A stretch of 61,275 nucleotides of DNA, filler included, from Asterionella formosa (Eukaryota): the NCBI GenBank assembly GCA_002256025.1. It is 16 parts of 16 records of this genome, joined end to end, with 100 filler letters (N's around TTAATTAATTAA, not from the genome) between each part and the next. Parts side by side here need not be neighbours in the genome. Positions count along the whole stretch, not along the records: positions 7,690 to 11,433 come from NKIB01013934.1; positions 11,534 to 15,275 come from NKIB01013936.1; positions 15,376 to 19,115 come from NKIB01013937.1; positions 19,216 to 22,949 come from NKIB01013938.1; 12 more parts are not named here. One strand, written 5' to 3'. Under the pieces are notes generated by a model. That model worked only from the letters and a program-made list of their open reading frames with translations, did not search any database and was not told the origin of the DNA. Positions 10,831 to 23,049 of the stretch are shown one piece after another. Numbering within the stretch: position 1 is the stretch's first letter; every line of letters starts with the position of its first letter. A program made the position numbers and the translations under genes.

Positions 10831-13800
10831 CTTGGCTGGTCTGTTCTTGAGCGAGAAAGAAGTCTCGAAGGGAGAAAGGAAAGAGAGAAGAGGAGAGTAA
10901 CGCAATTGTTGAGAAAAAGTGCAATTATTAGAGAAATATAGGGTCACGTGAGGATGGCTGGCAGTTTTTCTGCTCTGGCAAACAGGCAGGAAGCCAGTAG
11001 TAGCTAGTTGCAATGTTTTTGTGTCCAAATCTTATCACCTGCATCTAGTACCTACTAGATTAATAGTACAAGACGCACGAATACTCGGATGTACTATATA
11101 CAATACCTGGTCCTTGTTTGTGCGTATAATTTCCCTGAATCGCTGCTAGTAGCAACTAGTAGCAAGTACTTTTACTGTCGCACCATTCAGTAACTGTTGA
11201 ATTTTGAAGGTGATGATGCTTGATTATTATTCGTGTAGCAGACTACCGGTAGACCGGTAGACCAGCAACAATGGCTATTTGCAAAGGGAAAATGTCCACT
11301 TTTGCAAATAAATGGGTGATCAATCAGTGATTGTTCGAGATCCAATTCCTATAAATCTCTGGCAAGCTATTTCGGATATCATGTCAAAACATATTCAGGA
11401 GCTGTCTCAGGCTGAGGCTTCCTCTGCATCTGANNNNNNNNNNNNNNNNNNNNNNNNNNNNNNNNNNNNNNNNNNNNTTAATTAATTAANNNNNNNNNNN
11501 NNNNNNNNNNNNNNNNNNNNNNNNNNNNNNNNNATTTTGACGCTTAGAAAGTCATGATAAAAGTTTGCAACAATGCAGTCGTACATCAGCCATCTGCTTA
11601 CTTCATAATAATTAGTTGAACTTTTTGTGCACCCTCTAACTGTATCCCCATAGAAGGATCTATAGTTATCGATAGAACATGCTTCAAGTTATGCTGCTGC
11701 CGTTTGACGAATCCAATGCCCCAGCGTGATAGGTAGACATCAGTTTAATTTCACCACACCACAATTTAACATTAAAAAACTTGATTCCATTATTCCTTTT
11801 GGATTTTTCGTGAAATATGTCACAATGGAAACTACCAGGTAGATATGAATTATTATGACCATGTAACTGCTATGAAGTAGTGAAGTACAGGTAGTCATTG
11901 TGATGACAGGATAATTCCTCCTCTCAACATTTTGTGTTTAAGAGTCCAGACCGGTGTGATACATATTCCATAGTTAAATAGTTGGCAAAGAATGCAACTA
12001 GCTAGAAATCTAAGACGGAATAGTAATGCGGTTGGCTTAATTCAATATTAGAAAACTCTTGACTTACCTAGCTCCCCCTTCCAGGATTTTTGTTTCTTGC
12101 TAAGATGGGATGTAAGTTGGCCTCCTTTCAAGTTTAGATGAAAGAGATATAATCTCGGAAACAAATGAATTCTTGGTAGAGGAAATTGTCACTACTTCGG
12201 TCATTTTGTTTTTTTCTTGTGCCTTCCAGTTATGGTGGTCAAAAAAGGTAAAACTTTTGGAGTCCCATTTGAACTCCATTCTTATTCAAAATTGAACACC
12301 ACAAAACAAGTTATTGTGTCACATTCTTTGTGTTTAAAAGTGGACATGCGAAGCGTGTATTATTGGGAAGGTATTTTTGCGTTGAGTGACTTGTGATGAG
12401 TAACTCAATAACTGTGAGAGCTGGCTGTGTCCATAGTCATGATGTCTCCATCGTCCTCTGTGATATCGTCCAGCACTGTCTGCCAACATATTTTTTTGAC
12501 TGTGACCAGTGCCTCAAAAAGATTGCATTCTCCTTCATGTGTGTCAACCAGTGGTGAGTTCTTGCGTTAGGTAGGATCTCTCCTTCAAAATTGAGGAATT
12601 TTGGAGGTTAATAACGTCCTCCCCGGCTAAACTTTTAGACTTCAAGTGTTCAATATCGGAGTGATGAATAAACCCTTCAAGAAGTACATGCGGGGATACT
12701 GAGAAAACCACATGTTCACCAATTTACAAAATAACAAGGAACACAATTCACAATGGGTACTAGAAATGGCATGGCCTAGTGTTTCAATTGGAACAATGAC
12801 CACCACTAAATGGAGGAATATTGGATTTTTCGGCTTTGCTGGTATTAATAAGTATTCAAACAGTATATGATCAGATCAATTGTTTGAGAATCTTTTAAAT
12901 TTAACGAAGCAATCATTATCATCATTTAGGTGCATGAAAGTAAGCAAAGTCTAGTCAAATAAATTATGTTGACAACTACAAAATATCTAAAACGAAGCGA
13001 TTCTAGTTTTGAAAATGCTACTTTCCAGTAAGACTTTTTATCTTGTCTAGATTGATTGAGGGTGTTAAAGGCTCCCCCCGAATTTTTTTCTAGTTAGCTA
13101 TTTTGCACTGAATGTCAAAGCTAGTTCAACGATTCTTTCCATACTTACTAAATAGCGATACTTGCATTCTATCTTAGCAAATAAAATGTGCTTAGCAAGT
13201 AGTACACAATTCAAATCATCTTATAGTGGTCATATCATGATTAGCTATGGGGAATTTTTAATCGTCGATTCATTGCATAAATGTATAGAATATGCCCGTT
13301 GTTAGCTTTATGTATGCTAATATGTATTTCTTTTTTCTTGAGATATCAAGAAGGTTTTTATTCCGTCTTTTGTAAATAATGATAGATCATAGAACAGTGC
13401 GTCTGATCGAAACAATCGCACCTTGACACATATCTAATTGAATGGAGTAGTAGATTCGTTTCATTATATTGTAGCAAATAGTAATGACATTGCATCATGT
13501 TAAAAATCAAAATTTTCATATTCTTCCAATAATTGTCATGATTGTGCCAGTGGCAAAGGGTGGATTGAAACAATTAATGAATGTTATTTACCAGTATATT
13601 TATATCATACTGGTAAATTATTTCTGGCACATGTGATCATGTACAGTTGTCGCACATATCGCCTTGGTTGCTGTTCTGCCTTGCTTTTAATTATCACCAA
13701 CATGATATATGATAAGCAAGTGATTGTATTTATGTTTGGCACACCAGTTGAAAACTCTAATGAGTCAATATAAGAAAATACATAAAGCAACAAACAAAAC

Positions 13801-14479
13801 TAAATAATTAACAAAAGGTTACTAAAAAATTAAGTTGCTCAACTTTGCTGTAAGTGTCAAAAAGGTAAGGCCAGCTCAACAGGAGGGTAATCTGATTTTA
13901 CCCAAATTCTGGCGGCCGACTGCAACGTTGCAACCTGTTTATCTCGAGAATGGCCACAAATGATCACTAGTGTCAACACAAATTGCTCCTCCAAGTAACA
14001 ACTTTATCTGAACCTGAATCAACATGTCGCTAATATTCATCCCAAAAAAACATGTGATTACCCTGTTGAAGGATGGTGACTACAGGTATCATCAGTAAAA
14101 ACGCCCCATGCATAGTTAGGAGGATAACTCTAAAAAAAAGAACATTACTGGAGTATGAAATACTATAGTGAATTTATGATAAGTGTGTAGCCATTCAAAT
14201 TACCAGTATATGAAACAGTAGCAGTGGTCCATGGTAGACCCACATCCAGAGACTACAAGTATGGCTGTGCATACAGGCAGTCGATCGAGCATCACTAAAG
14301 TGCAGGTGCCTTGTACCATGCCCGGGTCTACCGGTATGTACATTCAGGAGAGTTCATTAAAAAAAGTCGTCGTGAACATCGTTATGTTTATGTTGTTTGT
14401 TTTAACGTGTACTCCAGACATTATTTTAGTTGTCGTACATTTTAGGAACCGTGTGAAATGTATTGAGGTGGTGGTCGTT

Positions 14480-14850
14480 TGTGTACCGGTACCGGTATGT
14501 GTACTCAAGCAAAAACTTCTGGCAATTACATACAGGCAGCCAGCTAGCAATTGAGAAGTGCCGATGACAATTAGGTAGGAGTGAGTACGGTACCAGGTAC
14601 CTGGTACCTGGTACCCTCGCCCTCGAGTACTCCGAGCACCTGGTCCCAGGTACTGGTACCTTCTACCAGTGGTGACGATGTACTCCGAGGACCTGTTCCT
14701 GGTCCCAGTACCAGGTACAAGTATCATCATGATGTACCTGATACTCCGAGCAAATAAATTATGCTCATGTTGGAATCCTACCGGGTACAACGTCACACTT
14801 CATTTCCGGAACAAGTCTCGTTTCGTCTAGGGTTGGAACCAGGTACGTTG
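14480..14850. promoter_or_regulatory. GGTACC/TACCAGGTA palindrome-rich cluster upstream of a gene
   Basis: Dense gtac/ggtacc/cctggtacc motifs about 300-650 bp upstream of ATG 15156. The regulatory role is inferred only. Confidence 0.35.
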
Positions 14851-15155
14851 CAGAAACTCCTCTGCCTATCATCATGTAGGTACGCCACATTCCTTCTCGT
14901 CGTTAAACTGAAAGAAGTTAAACTTCCTGCAGCATCAGTTTCGCTTGTAAAAGATGTTGCTTCCTGCTGCTGGTAGAACTTGGTGGTGGTATTGATGCTA
15001 CCAGGTACATTGTTATATACCGTGTGTTTTAAGGGAAATGTACGGCAGTATGTAGAAGAAAAGCAACTGACCGCGAGGTGCGATTCCTCATCGTCTCACA
15101 ATTTACAACATTGGCAAATTATCAATTCACCTTTTCACTACTAACTATTACCACC

Positions 15156-15275
15156 ATGAAGCTTTCTGTTATCGCCACCCTCCTTCTCTCTGCTCTCTTC
15201 TCTGCCGTTTCTGTTGAAGGTTACGGCAACTTCTTTACCATCTTGAATCCTGGCCAACTCACTACGACTTGCACA
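15156..15275 (+). CDS. 5' fragment of a secreted protein (signal peptide), cut by the contig end
   Basis: ccaccATG context; MKLSVIATLLLSALFSAVSVEG is a typical signal peptide. Confidence 0.75.
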
Positions 15276-15494
15276 NNNNNNNNNNNNNNNNNNNNNNNNN
15301 NNNNNNNNNNNNNNNNNNNTTAATTAATTAANNNNNNNNNNNNNNNNNNNNNNNNNNNNNNNNNNNNNNNNNNNNACCATTTAGGATCATGTGGTGTAAA
15401 CATGTAACATTAAAATCCGTTTTGTGGCCAGAATAGGGGCAAGTATGTGGCTTGATTGACCTCAAAATCTATGACGATTTTTATGTGCACCATA

Positions 15495-16460
15495 CTAAAT
15501 GATGTCATCGTAGGGAGAAGCGACTTTCGCCAAGAGATTCGCCATTGTCAGAGATTCATCGCTTGGACGCTTGGTGCCAATCTTCTCGGCCACTCTATGG
15601 TCAATCTTGTCATCCCGTCGTGTCCGCATTTGTTCCGTATAGACGGATAAAAAAGGATTTACACAGGATCTTGCTGCGATATCTTGTACATGCGCTAGTC
15701 TCTCTTGCAACTGATCTCTTTGATACCTAGCTTTATCGTGCTCTTTCTGCATAGATTCACGTTGCTGCTCCAGTCTCTTAATTAGTTGATAGTTTTCTTT
15801 AATTTCTTCTTTTCGTTGCGAATTGATTGTTGCCAGTTCGTTCAATGTGACATCATCAATACGTACGTATCGAAGCGGAATCTACGAAAAAAGTGAACAG
15901 AGGTTAGCGCAATTGCGAAAGATGAACGATGAAGCAATTCTCCAAAGCAGGACGAGGCTGACTGATGCAGAAACTCACCGGAGTCTCTCTAAATCGTTTT
16001 CTCACATTGGACACAACTATTTTAGTATGGTGACTGGATCGTACTTGTACTCGCTTACTTTCTTCCTATTCGTGGTTCCGTATGCAACTGTTAATAGTCG
16101 AAGTGGACACAATCGCATCATCAATTCCGTTTTCACTTTTTGAATACTCACAAGTTCAGAGTTCTCAACAAGACTCTGAGCCACCGACTTGGTGCATAGC
16201 TGCGCTTCTTCCTCCATAATTCTCAGCGCGAATCTCATGGCAGAAGGATGAATATTCTTCCTTCCCGTCTTGTCGTCCTGGAATTGCAAGGCGTAGTACC
16301 CTCCCGCACTGCTACTGGCTTTTATCATGTCGACATCATTTTCCAACACATTGAATTGTTGCTTCTTCTTCGTTGCGGCTGGCCTCTTTCGGTTCCTCCC
16401 TGATGCGCCTTTCTTTGTTCCTCCTCCTGCTGTTGCTACTGCTGGTGGTGATGGTGTCAT
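15495..16460 (-). CDS. Two-exon hypothetical protein with a basic NLS-like N-terminus and a C-terminal coiled coil
   Basis: Exon 1 from ATG 16460 (RKRPAATKKK), intron GTGAG...GTAG at 15882-15978, exon 2 to 15495. One extra A in the homopolymer near 16021 is needed to read ...ILKIVVSNVRKRFRETP|IPLRY... Confidence 0.6.
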
Positions 16461-16870
16461 GTGGATCAGATGCTTGTGTTAACAGTCTAGTACCAGGGTA
16501 CCTGGTATGTTGTGTGAGTGATGATGATGATGGCTGGAAGCTGGAGGCCGATGCTGTTCATGATATCATACTGCCGGTACTCATCATTATCCATATATCC
16601 ATACCGGGATATGAATTTAGAGCTATTCATTGAAGCAAGCAGCAATGCATTTCTGCATGCATGACGATTTGTGGAGAGTTCGCTTCGGGACGAGGATCAG
16701 CCACACCTGCTTGGTCAGAGTGGTCATAAGTCGCGGGCAAACCGTGATAGAATGCTGCAAAGCAATCTTGCTGTGCGTGCATGTCATACGACCACCACTT
16801 TATGATCATATACCGGTATGCCTTCTGGTATTCTACGAACCCGACACTGTACGTGGTATCTCCTACCCAG

Positions 16871-17275
16871 NNNNNNNNNNNNNNNNNNNNNNNNNNNNNN
16901 NNNNNNNNNNNNNNNNNNNNNNNNNNNNNNNNNNNNNNNNNNNNNNNNNNNNNNNNNNNNNNNNNNNNNNNNNNNNNNNNNNNNNNNNNNNNNNNNNNNN
17001 NNNNNNNNNNNNNNNNNNNNNNNNNNNNNNNNNNNNNNNNNNNNNNNNNNNNNNNNNNNNNNNNNNNNNNNNNNNNNNNNNNNNNNNNNNNNNNNNNNNN
17101 NNNNNNNNNNNNNNNNNNNNNNNNNNNNNNNNNNNNNNNNNNNNNNNNNNNNNNNNNNNNNNNNNNNNNNNNNNNNNNNNNNNNNNNNNNNNNNNNNNNN
17201 NNNNNNNNNNNNNNNNNNNNNNNNNNNNNNNNNNNNNNNNNNNNNNNNNNNNNNNNNNNNNNNNNNNNNNNNNNN
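16871..17275. other. Scaffold gap (405 N, no stop linker)
   Basis: Pure N run inside a contig; ORFs spanning it are artefacts. Confidence 0.95.
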
Positions 17276-17278
17276 GTC

Positions 17279-18970
17279 ATGGACGATGATGATACGAATG
17301 CGGCAAACAATGGCATGCAGAAACAGCGGCGGCGTCAAACGACATCCTTCACGCGCCCCTGTATTGAGGAGCTTGTCAATGTCAGACTCAGGTCATCGTG
17401 GGGCCGCCCTGTTGGGCCGTTCCACTCCCGAAGGCTCCGAAACGCTTTGCACGAAATGATATCGCAGATCGACAACAAAAAGGATGCTACTGATGTGGAC
17501 CGATTCGGACTACAGAGACAATGGACTCAAGTGCAGACTCAGTGCCTTGCATCACCCCTTGAAGCGTCCACGCTCGATGGACGAGGCAGGACCTGTCTAC
17601 ACGCCGTGTGCGTCAAGAAGCCGCCCGTGGCTGTGATCTCTGCCATTATTCGTGCGTGCGGACGACACGGGGAAAGCATTCTGGAACGAGACAAACACGG
17701 GAGAACACCCTTGGCCATTGCCATTTCCAGCAACGCCAGTCTCGAGGTGATTGCTCTGTTGTTGAGAAACTGCCCAAGAGCGGCTGCGGTATCGGACCAC
17801 GCTGGACTCTTACCTTTGCATCTAGCGTGTTCTTGTTACGACGGGGGGAAAGTTACACTGGCGCGGCTGCTGTTGGAGGTTTACCCCGAAGGAGCTGTCC
17901 GAGAGAGCAATGATGGCAGAACTGCCCTGCATGTTGCTATTGAAGCCGTCGAGTCACTGGACCTGATTCATGTTATTGTTTCAGCAAGTCCGAAATCGGT
18001 CATTATGGAGGGATGTGGGTTGAATCCGCTTTTTATTGCGCTAAGAAGAAACTGCTCGCCAGAAATTGTCAAGGTATTGGTTCAAGGATATCCAGAAGTT
18101 GCATATTCTCGAGATCGGTGCGAATCGTTACCACTGCGACGAGCGGTGGAGGCGCGCTCTTCCTTGGAAACCTTGGAATTGTTGGCAGTCTCGCCCAGAA
18201 CAGTTTTGGACGCCGACCGAAGCATGGGCAAAACAGCACTACATAGTGCACTGGACTGCGGTGTTCCACGGGAATCTATGGTACGGCTGATGGTCCATGT
18301 AGCTCCAGAAATTGCATTGCTTCCCTCCAAATCAGGACAAACGCCACTTCTAATGGTATGTCATCGATTCCTGCAGTACCGAAATCGAGGTAGCGACCAA
18401 CCCCTATGGAATATTCTGACTCTTCTGTGTCGAGCGGCCAAGTACAATCGTATCCAGGAAAGAGATCCGATTCTACACGCCATGGTGTCGCTAAATTTGC
18501 CCTGGGAGATTACAAAATTGGCCATGCAACTTTTTCCAGAGCAATTGCGGGAAAGAGACCAAGATGGGTATTATCCGTTATTATTAGCGCTCCAGAGTGA
18601 CCTTGAAAAGTCTAAGAGTGATATGGTACTGTCGTTCCTGCGCCTCTACGAAGAAGCAGCATCCATCCCCACCCCCAATGGACGGTCAGTGCTCTCTTTG
18701 TCAGCGTCGTCCAAATTTGTCGCTCCAGTCATTTTTCATGAATTAGTCACGAGACGACCGGAATCTCTCTATGAAGTAGATCCCATCTATGGTATGTACC
18801 CTTTCCAAGTGGCAGCTTTACCAAAGGCCAAGGGCTTTCCCTCTGATCGTTCGTCACAGGAGGAGCCACCCCCACAAGATCAATGGTTGCAATTATCGGC
18901 TATCTTTGAACTTTTAGTCGCTGCACCCGAATTAATCCAAGTACCAATGGAGCGAATTGTATGTACATGA
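17279..18970 (+). CDS. Ankyrin-repeat protein
   Basis: Repeated ankyrin motifs: GRTCLHAVC, GRTPLAIAI, GLLPLHLAC, GRTALHVAI, GKTALHSAL, GQTPLLMVC, GYYPLLLAL; C-terminal GMYPFQVAA...LSAIFELL. The start may lie inside the gap. Confidence 0.92.
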   Translation: MDDDDTNAANNGMQKQRRRQTTSFTRPCIEELVNVRLRSSWGRPVGPFHSRRLRNALHEMISQIDNKKDATDVDRFGLQRQWTQVQTQCLASPLEASTLDGRGRTCLHAVCVKKPPVAVISAIIRACGRHGESILERDKHGRTPLAIAISSNASLEVIALLLRNCPRAAAVSDHAGLLPLHLACSCYDGGKVTLARLLLEVYPEGAVRESNDGRTALHVAIEAVESLDLIHVIVSASPKSVIMEGCGLNPLFIALRRNCSPEIVKVLVQGYPEVAYSRDRCESLPLRRAVEARSSLETLELLAVSPRTVLDADRSMGKTALHSALDCGVPRESMVRLMVHVAPEIALLPSKSGQTPLLMVCHRFLQYRNRGSDQPLWNILTLLCRAAKYNRIQERDPILHAMVSLNLPWEITKLAMQLFPEQLRERDQDGYYPLLLALQSDLEKSKSDMVLSFLRLYEEAASIPTPNGRSVLSLSASSKFVAPVIFHELVTRRPESLYEVDPIYGMYPFQVAALPKAKGFPSDRSSQEEPPPQDQWLQLSAIFELLVAAPELIQVPMERIVCT

Positions 18971-19944
18971 TAAGAAATCAATATTTTTCCTGTTGTTGTC
19001 AGTGAACTTCTATTTGAAGTCCCTTTCGTGAGTTCTTTGCTATAATATCGGGGTGCAATTGTTCTATTTCTGATACTTTACTGATTCTCCGTCGATCAAT
19101 CCTTGTGTGATGATANNNNNNNNNNNNNNNNNNNNNNNNNNNNNNNNNNNNNNNNNNNNTTAATTAATTAANNNNNNNNNNNNNNNNNNNNNNNNNNNNN
19201 NNNNNNNNNNNNNNNTTCTTTGTCATCGTACTAGTTCCTTACCTTTGAAGACAGGAGCGTAGCAATTCTTTGTTGTACCTGGAATATTTCAATGGATGGC
19301 AGCAGTTGGATTTAGACACAAACCTCGACAAAAGCACTAGTACCTTGTCGATGTTCATGAAAAGCGAGACACTTTGCTTGGCCTATCGCCCACCAGCCAG
19401 TCTTTACTGCAAAAATTCAAGAAGCACAAGTTGAATGCCCATTTATGGATTCAAGTTTCAGTAGTGAAACAATGTAAAATATTAGAAACCGGAAGTCACA
19501 TTTCATATAATTACGGTTTTCATTAGCTATACTAGTATTGATTGAGAGGAAGCAATGGTAGAATGGCTGCCAAACGGGCGGGGGCAAGCACAGAGAATCC
19601 TAATAATTTTTCTTCCCAATGATCCCAGTCCTTTCTTGAATGTCACTTGCTACAGAAAATGTAGAACAGCCGCCATGATCTGTTGATTGTTGCTTTCTGG
19701 TGCCAATGACCGAGACCTCCAGAAATCTCAATGAGTTGCTTGTTTCTTGACTTGAATGCAAAAGGGATCGAAACCAGTGAAAAATTCAAAACGGAACTAA
19801 AAATGCTCTGCAAACATCATCAGGACTATTGTGAAAGAGAAATGAAGGTTCTTGGGAGGAGGATTAAAGGGATAATTGCTTCTGGTCTCCTTGCGGGAAC
19901 AAGAATGGATTGAACCAAACAATGTTGACAAATAGATACCTACC

Positions 19945-22450
19945 GGAAAAGGAAGCATTGCTTACGGCATCATCAATCTATTCACAAGCCTGCGCCACCT
20001 GATGTCGTCAATATAGCTCCCTTAACTTCATCAATGAAGAATTCGATGGGTGGAGCACCATGTGAGGAAAATCGGGGTTGAGGTTTTCTTGACGTCATCG
20101 TGGCTGGACCTCTTGGCTGACCTCCTTGCAGATGAAGGCATTGAGTAACCTGGGTCTGTGAAGTCAAAGGATAAAGAAAAATCTATGACAAGGGTGCGTT
20201 GTGAGATAGTGTTTAGGAGGGGGGAGCAAAAGTTATCATAGCTGAACACATTCGAAACTTGTATCGACAATAAAAGGTGGAATACCATGGCTGCTCTTGC
20301 TTGGCTGACAGCTGCCAAGTCAAGTACAAACACAACGAGCAAGGGTGCACAAAAGACAGTCCATGACTGGCTGATAATTAGTTGTGTGACTCACCATTCT
20401 GTAATGGGGTGGACTTTGATCATTGCTTTGTTCAAAGCACAATCAATTCGAATGCTGTCCAGTGAAACAGCCAATGAAAACAATTGTGGCGAAAAAGCGC
20501 AGAAGAGATCAAGAGATTTCAAAGGAATTAAAATAACAACAGCAGGGCATATATGATGCACTGCTCCTTGTGTAGACTAGCTAAATTTGATCATTTCCAT
20601 ATTTCATACTATACAGGCAGGTGCATGAATGACTCCTCCCGCCCTTTCATTAGATATGCAGCCATGTTGCGATAATTCTACAGGACCTATAGCATTGGTA
20701 GTTTGGTGGTCATCATTTCCGCATTGTATATACCAGTAGGAGTCACCATGTATGCATGCATGCTGCGATAATTCTTACAAGACATAAAAATTTGGTAGCT
20801 TGGGGGTTATCACTTCCGTATTTCATACAGGGGGGGGAAGGGGTTGCATGCATGAGTAACTACTCCGGTATAAACTATGATCTTTAATCAATGAATTTAG
20901 ATTTGTTTATCCTATAACTTTGACACACAAAAAATTGAAAAAACTCAACAGGTCGTGGAAAACTATGAACTCATCATGCATTGTATATATTTGAATTATG
21001 TATAATCAAAATTGATGAAAGTATACACAGGATGTGCCGTATAATGAGCGTGTTTCAAACTATGCAAATGTTCAACTATATATACATTTAAACTTCTAAT
21101 CTTTATACTATATATGTATTCATGGCTGAAACATTTGAAATCATGTTTTCATGTTCCTTGTCTTTCATACACTGTGCTCCTGAATTGAAGGATCAACACA
21201 GATGATGACGCGGAAAACGAAAGTGATAATAAATCACAATGATACTTGCGGCTTAGAAGAGAAGGGCGGAATCAATTGATGGTAAGTCAAGAGCAAATGC
21301 CTTTCATGTTCCTTGCCATGCTGCATCCACTTCCTCAAATGAAGGATCTCAAGCAAGCAACACATGATGCGAAAAACTGAAGTGACAATACACCATGCGG
21401 CTAAAAAGGAGTGAATGTGATGGAGAAGGGCGCAATCAACAAGCTGTGTATAGTATCACAGCATGATGTCAAGAGCATATGCCAGGTTGATCAATTGTTG
21501 AGATTACAATTACGGAATGACTCGTCCCCTTTCAGTGATTCAATAGCTCCTTTTCGATTTGGTGACTGGCCAACCATCAATGGCTGTGGACAAAAGAAAT
21601 CGGTAAGTGCTGCCTATCAGCCATCTTTGGATCAATCCACAACTGTTAGAAAAACTGACACATATGTGTTGCTTCTTTCAGGATAATGGTAGACAAACAG
21701 TATTTGTAAGTTACAAAGAGCAGTGTTGGAGCCCATTTATTGATCAATACTTTGCTTCTCATTCATTCTTCGACTGACACATTCTTCTACAGAAATATGC
21801 ATCAGTTACTTCCTCAATTTGTGGTAAGTGAAGGCAGATAGAAGCGAAATGAATGTTGTGTTGTTGTGTAAGCAAAACATGAACAGCAAACAATGAATTG
21901 CTTCTCTTTGTTAGTATGGCTGATTGGAACAACGAAATGGAATCAATACTAGTGCGTGAATGCAAACTCAGATCCGTCAGGAGTAAATGGAACAAAGCAA
22001 GCAGAGGAACAACGGCAAGGCAAAGGGGGGGGGAGTGAAAGCGGCACCAATAATCATTGCGAACAGAGCATGGTAGAACATTCTGTAGCCACTTAAGATA
22101 TAGAATCATAGAACCATTCTTAGCAAAAAATAGTTCTAAATTTCGATCAATTTCATCCTATTTTAGACTGTGATATCGATGAGAATTACGATCATGCTAA
22201 GATAGATGTATGACAAAAGTATACACATCATATGACCATGATGTTTAACTAATTGTATGATGCAATGGTATTATAACTATGATAGTCTCATCATACTTCA
22301 AGCTCGGTAAAAGTTTACTGCATGATCATAATTACATGATACATTGATCATATTTTTGATCGAAAAACTATCATATATGTGAAAATCCTGTGCCACTTAG
22401 CGTACGATACCCTTGATCATATTTTCATGATTTTTTTTATTTACAGACAT
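19945..22450 (+). repeat. Copy B of the same unclassified repeat
   Basis: Reverse-complement match to 818-3744, lacking about 340 bp equivalent to 2431-2772. May extend upstream to about 19500. Confidence 0.85.
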
Positions 22451-23049
22451 ACAAGCGCCATGCAATTTCTTTCTCAACACCTCTGGCACCCTTGACCCCC
22501 ACCTCTCCCTCTCTACCTCCCCAGCATCTTTCCCTCCCTTCTACTGATAACCACGCAAAGCAAGAAGCGCTTGTGTCACCACTCCGACCCTCCACATACA
22601 CTCTCTCGTCCATCCCAGAACTTGCTGGCCACAAAAAAATTCTCAAACTTCATCTGGAAATCACTAGCTTCACCAATGTTGTATTGATGAACAACAGGTT
22701 GATCATTTTCTCAAATACCGGACGATTGTCCGGTGGAGGAACATGGTACACAGAATCCTGCAAGTTGTGGTAAAATTGCCAAAAATGACGATTTGGACAT
22801 CTCGGATATACACGCCTGTAGATCCAACACAAAACATGTAATCTGGCTAGCTCGGAAAACAGTTATCTTTCATTCATGGCATGATTGTTTTGAACTTTTA
22901 GAATTTGATTTGGCAGAAACTTTTTTAGGGTCAAACTCATTCCCCCAATNNNNNNNNNNNNNNNNNNNNNNNNNNNNNNNNNNNNNNNNNNNNTTAATTA
23001 ATTAANNNNNNNNNNNNNNNNNNNNNNNNNNNNNNNNNNNNNNNNNNNN

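Noticed and set aside
11534..14200. AT-rich region with possible decayed coding sequence
   Set aside because: No recognisable motif in the frames I examined, so no call is supported.
16627..17459. Long ORFs spanning the N gap
   Set aside because: Their length comes from Ns; only the ankyrin frame after 17279 is supported.
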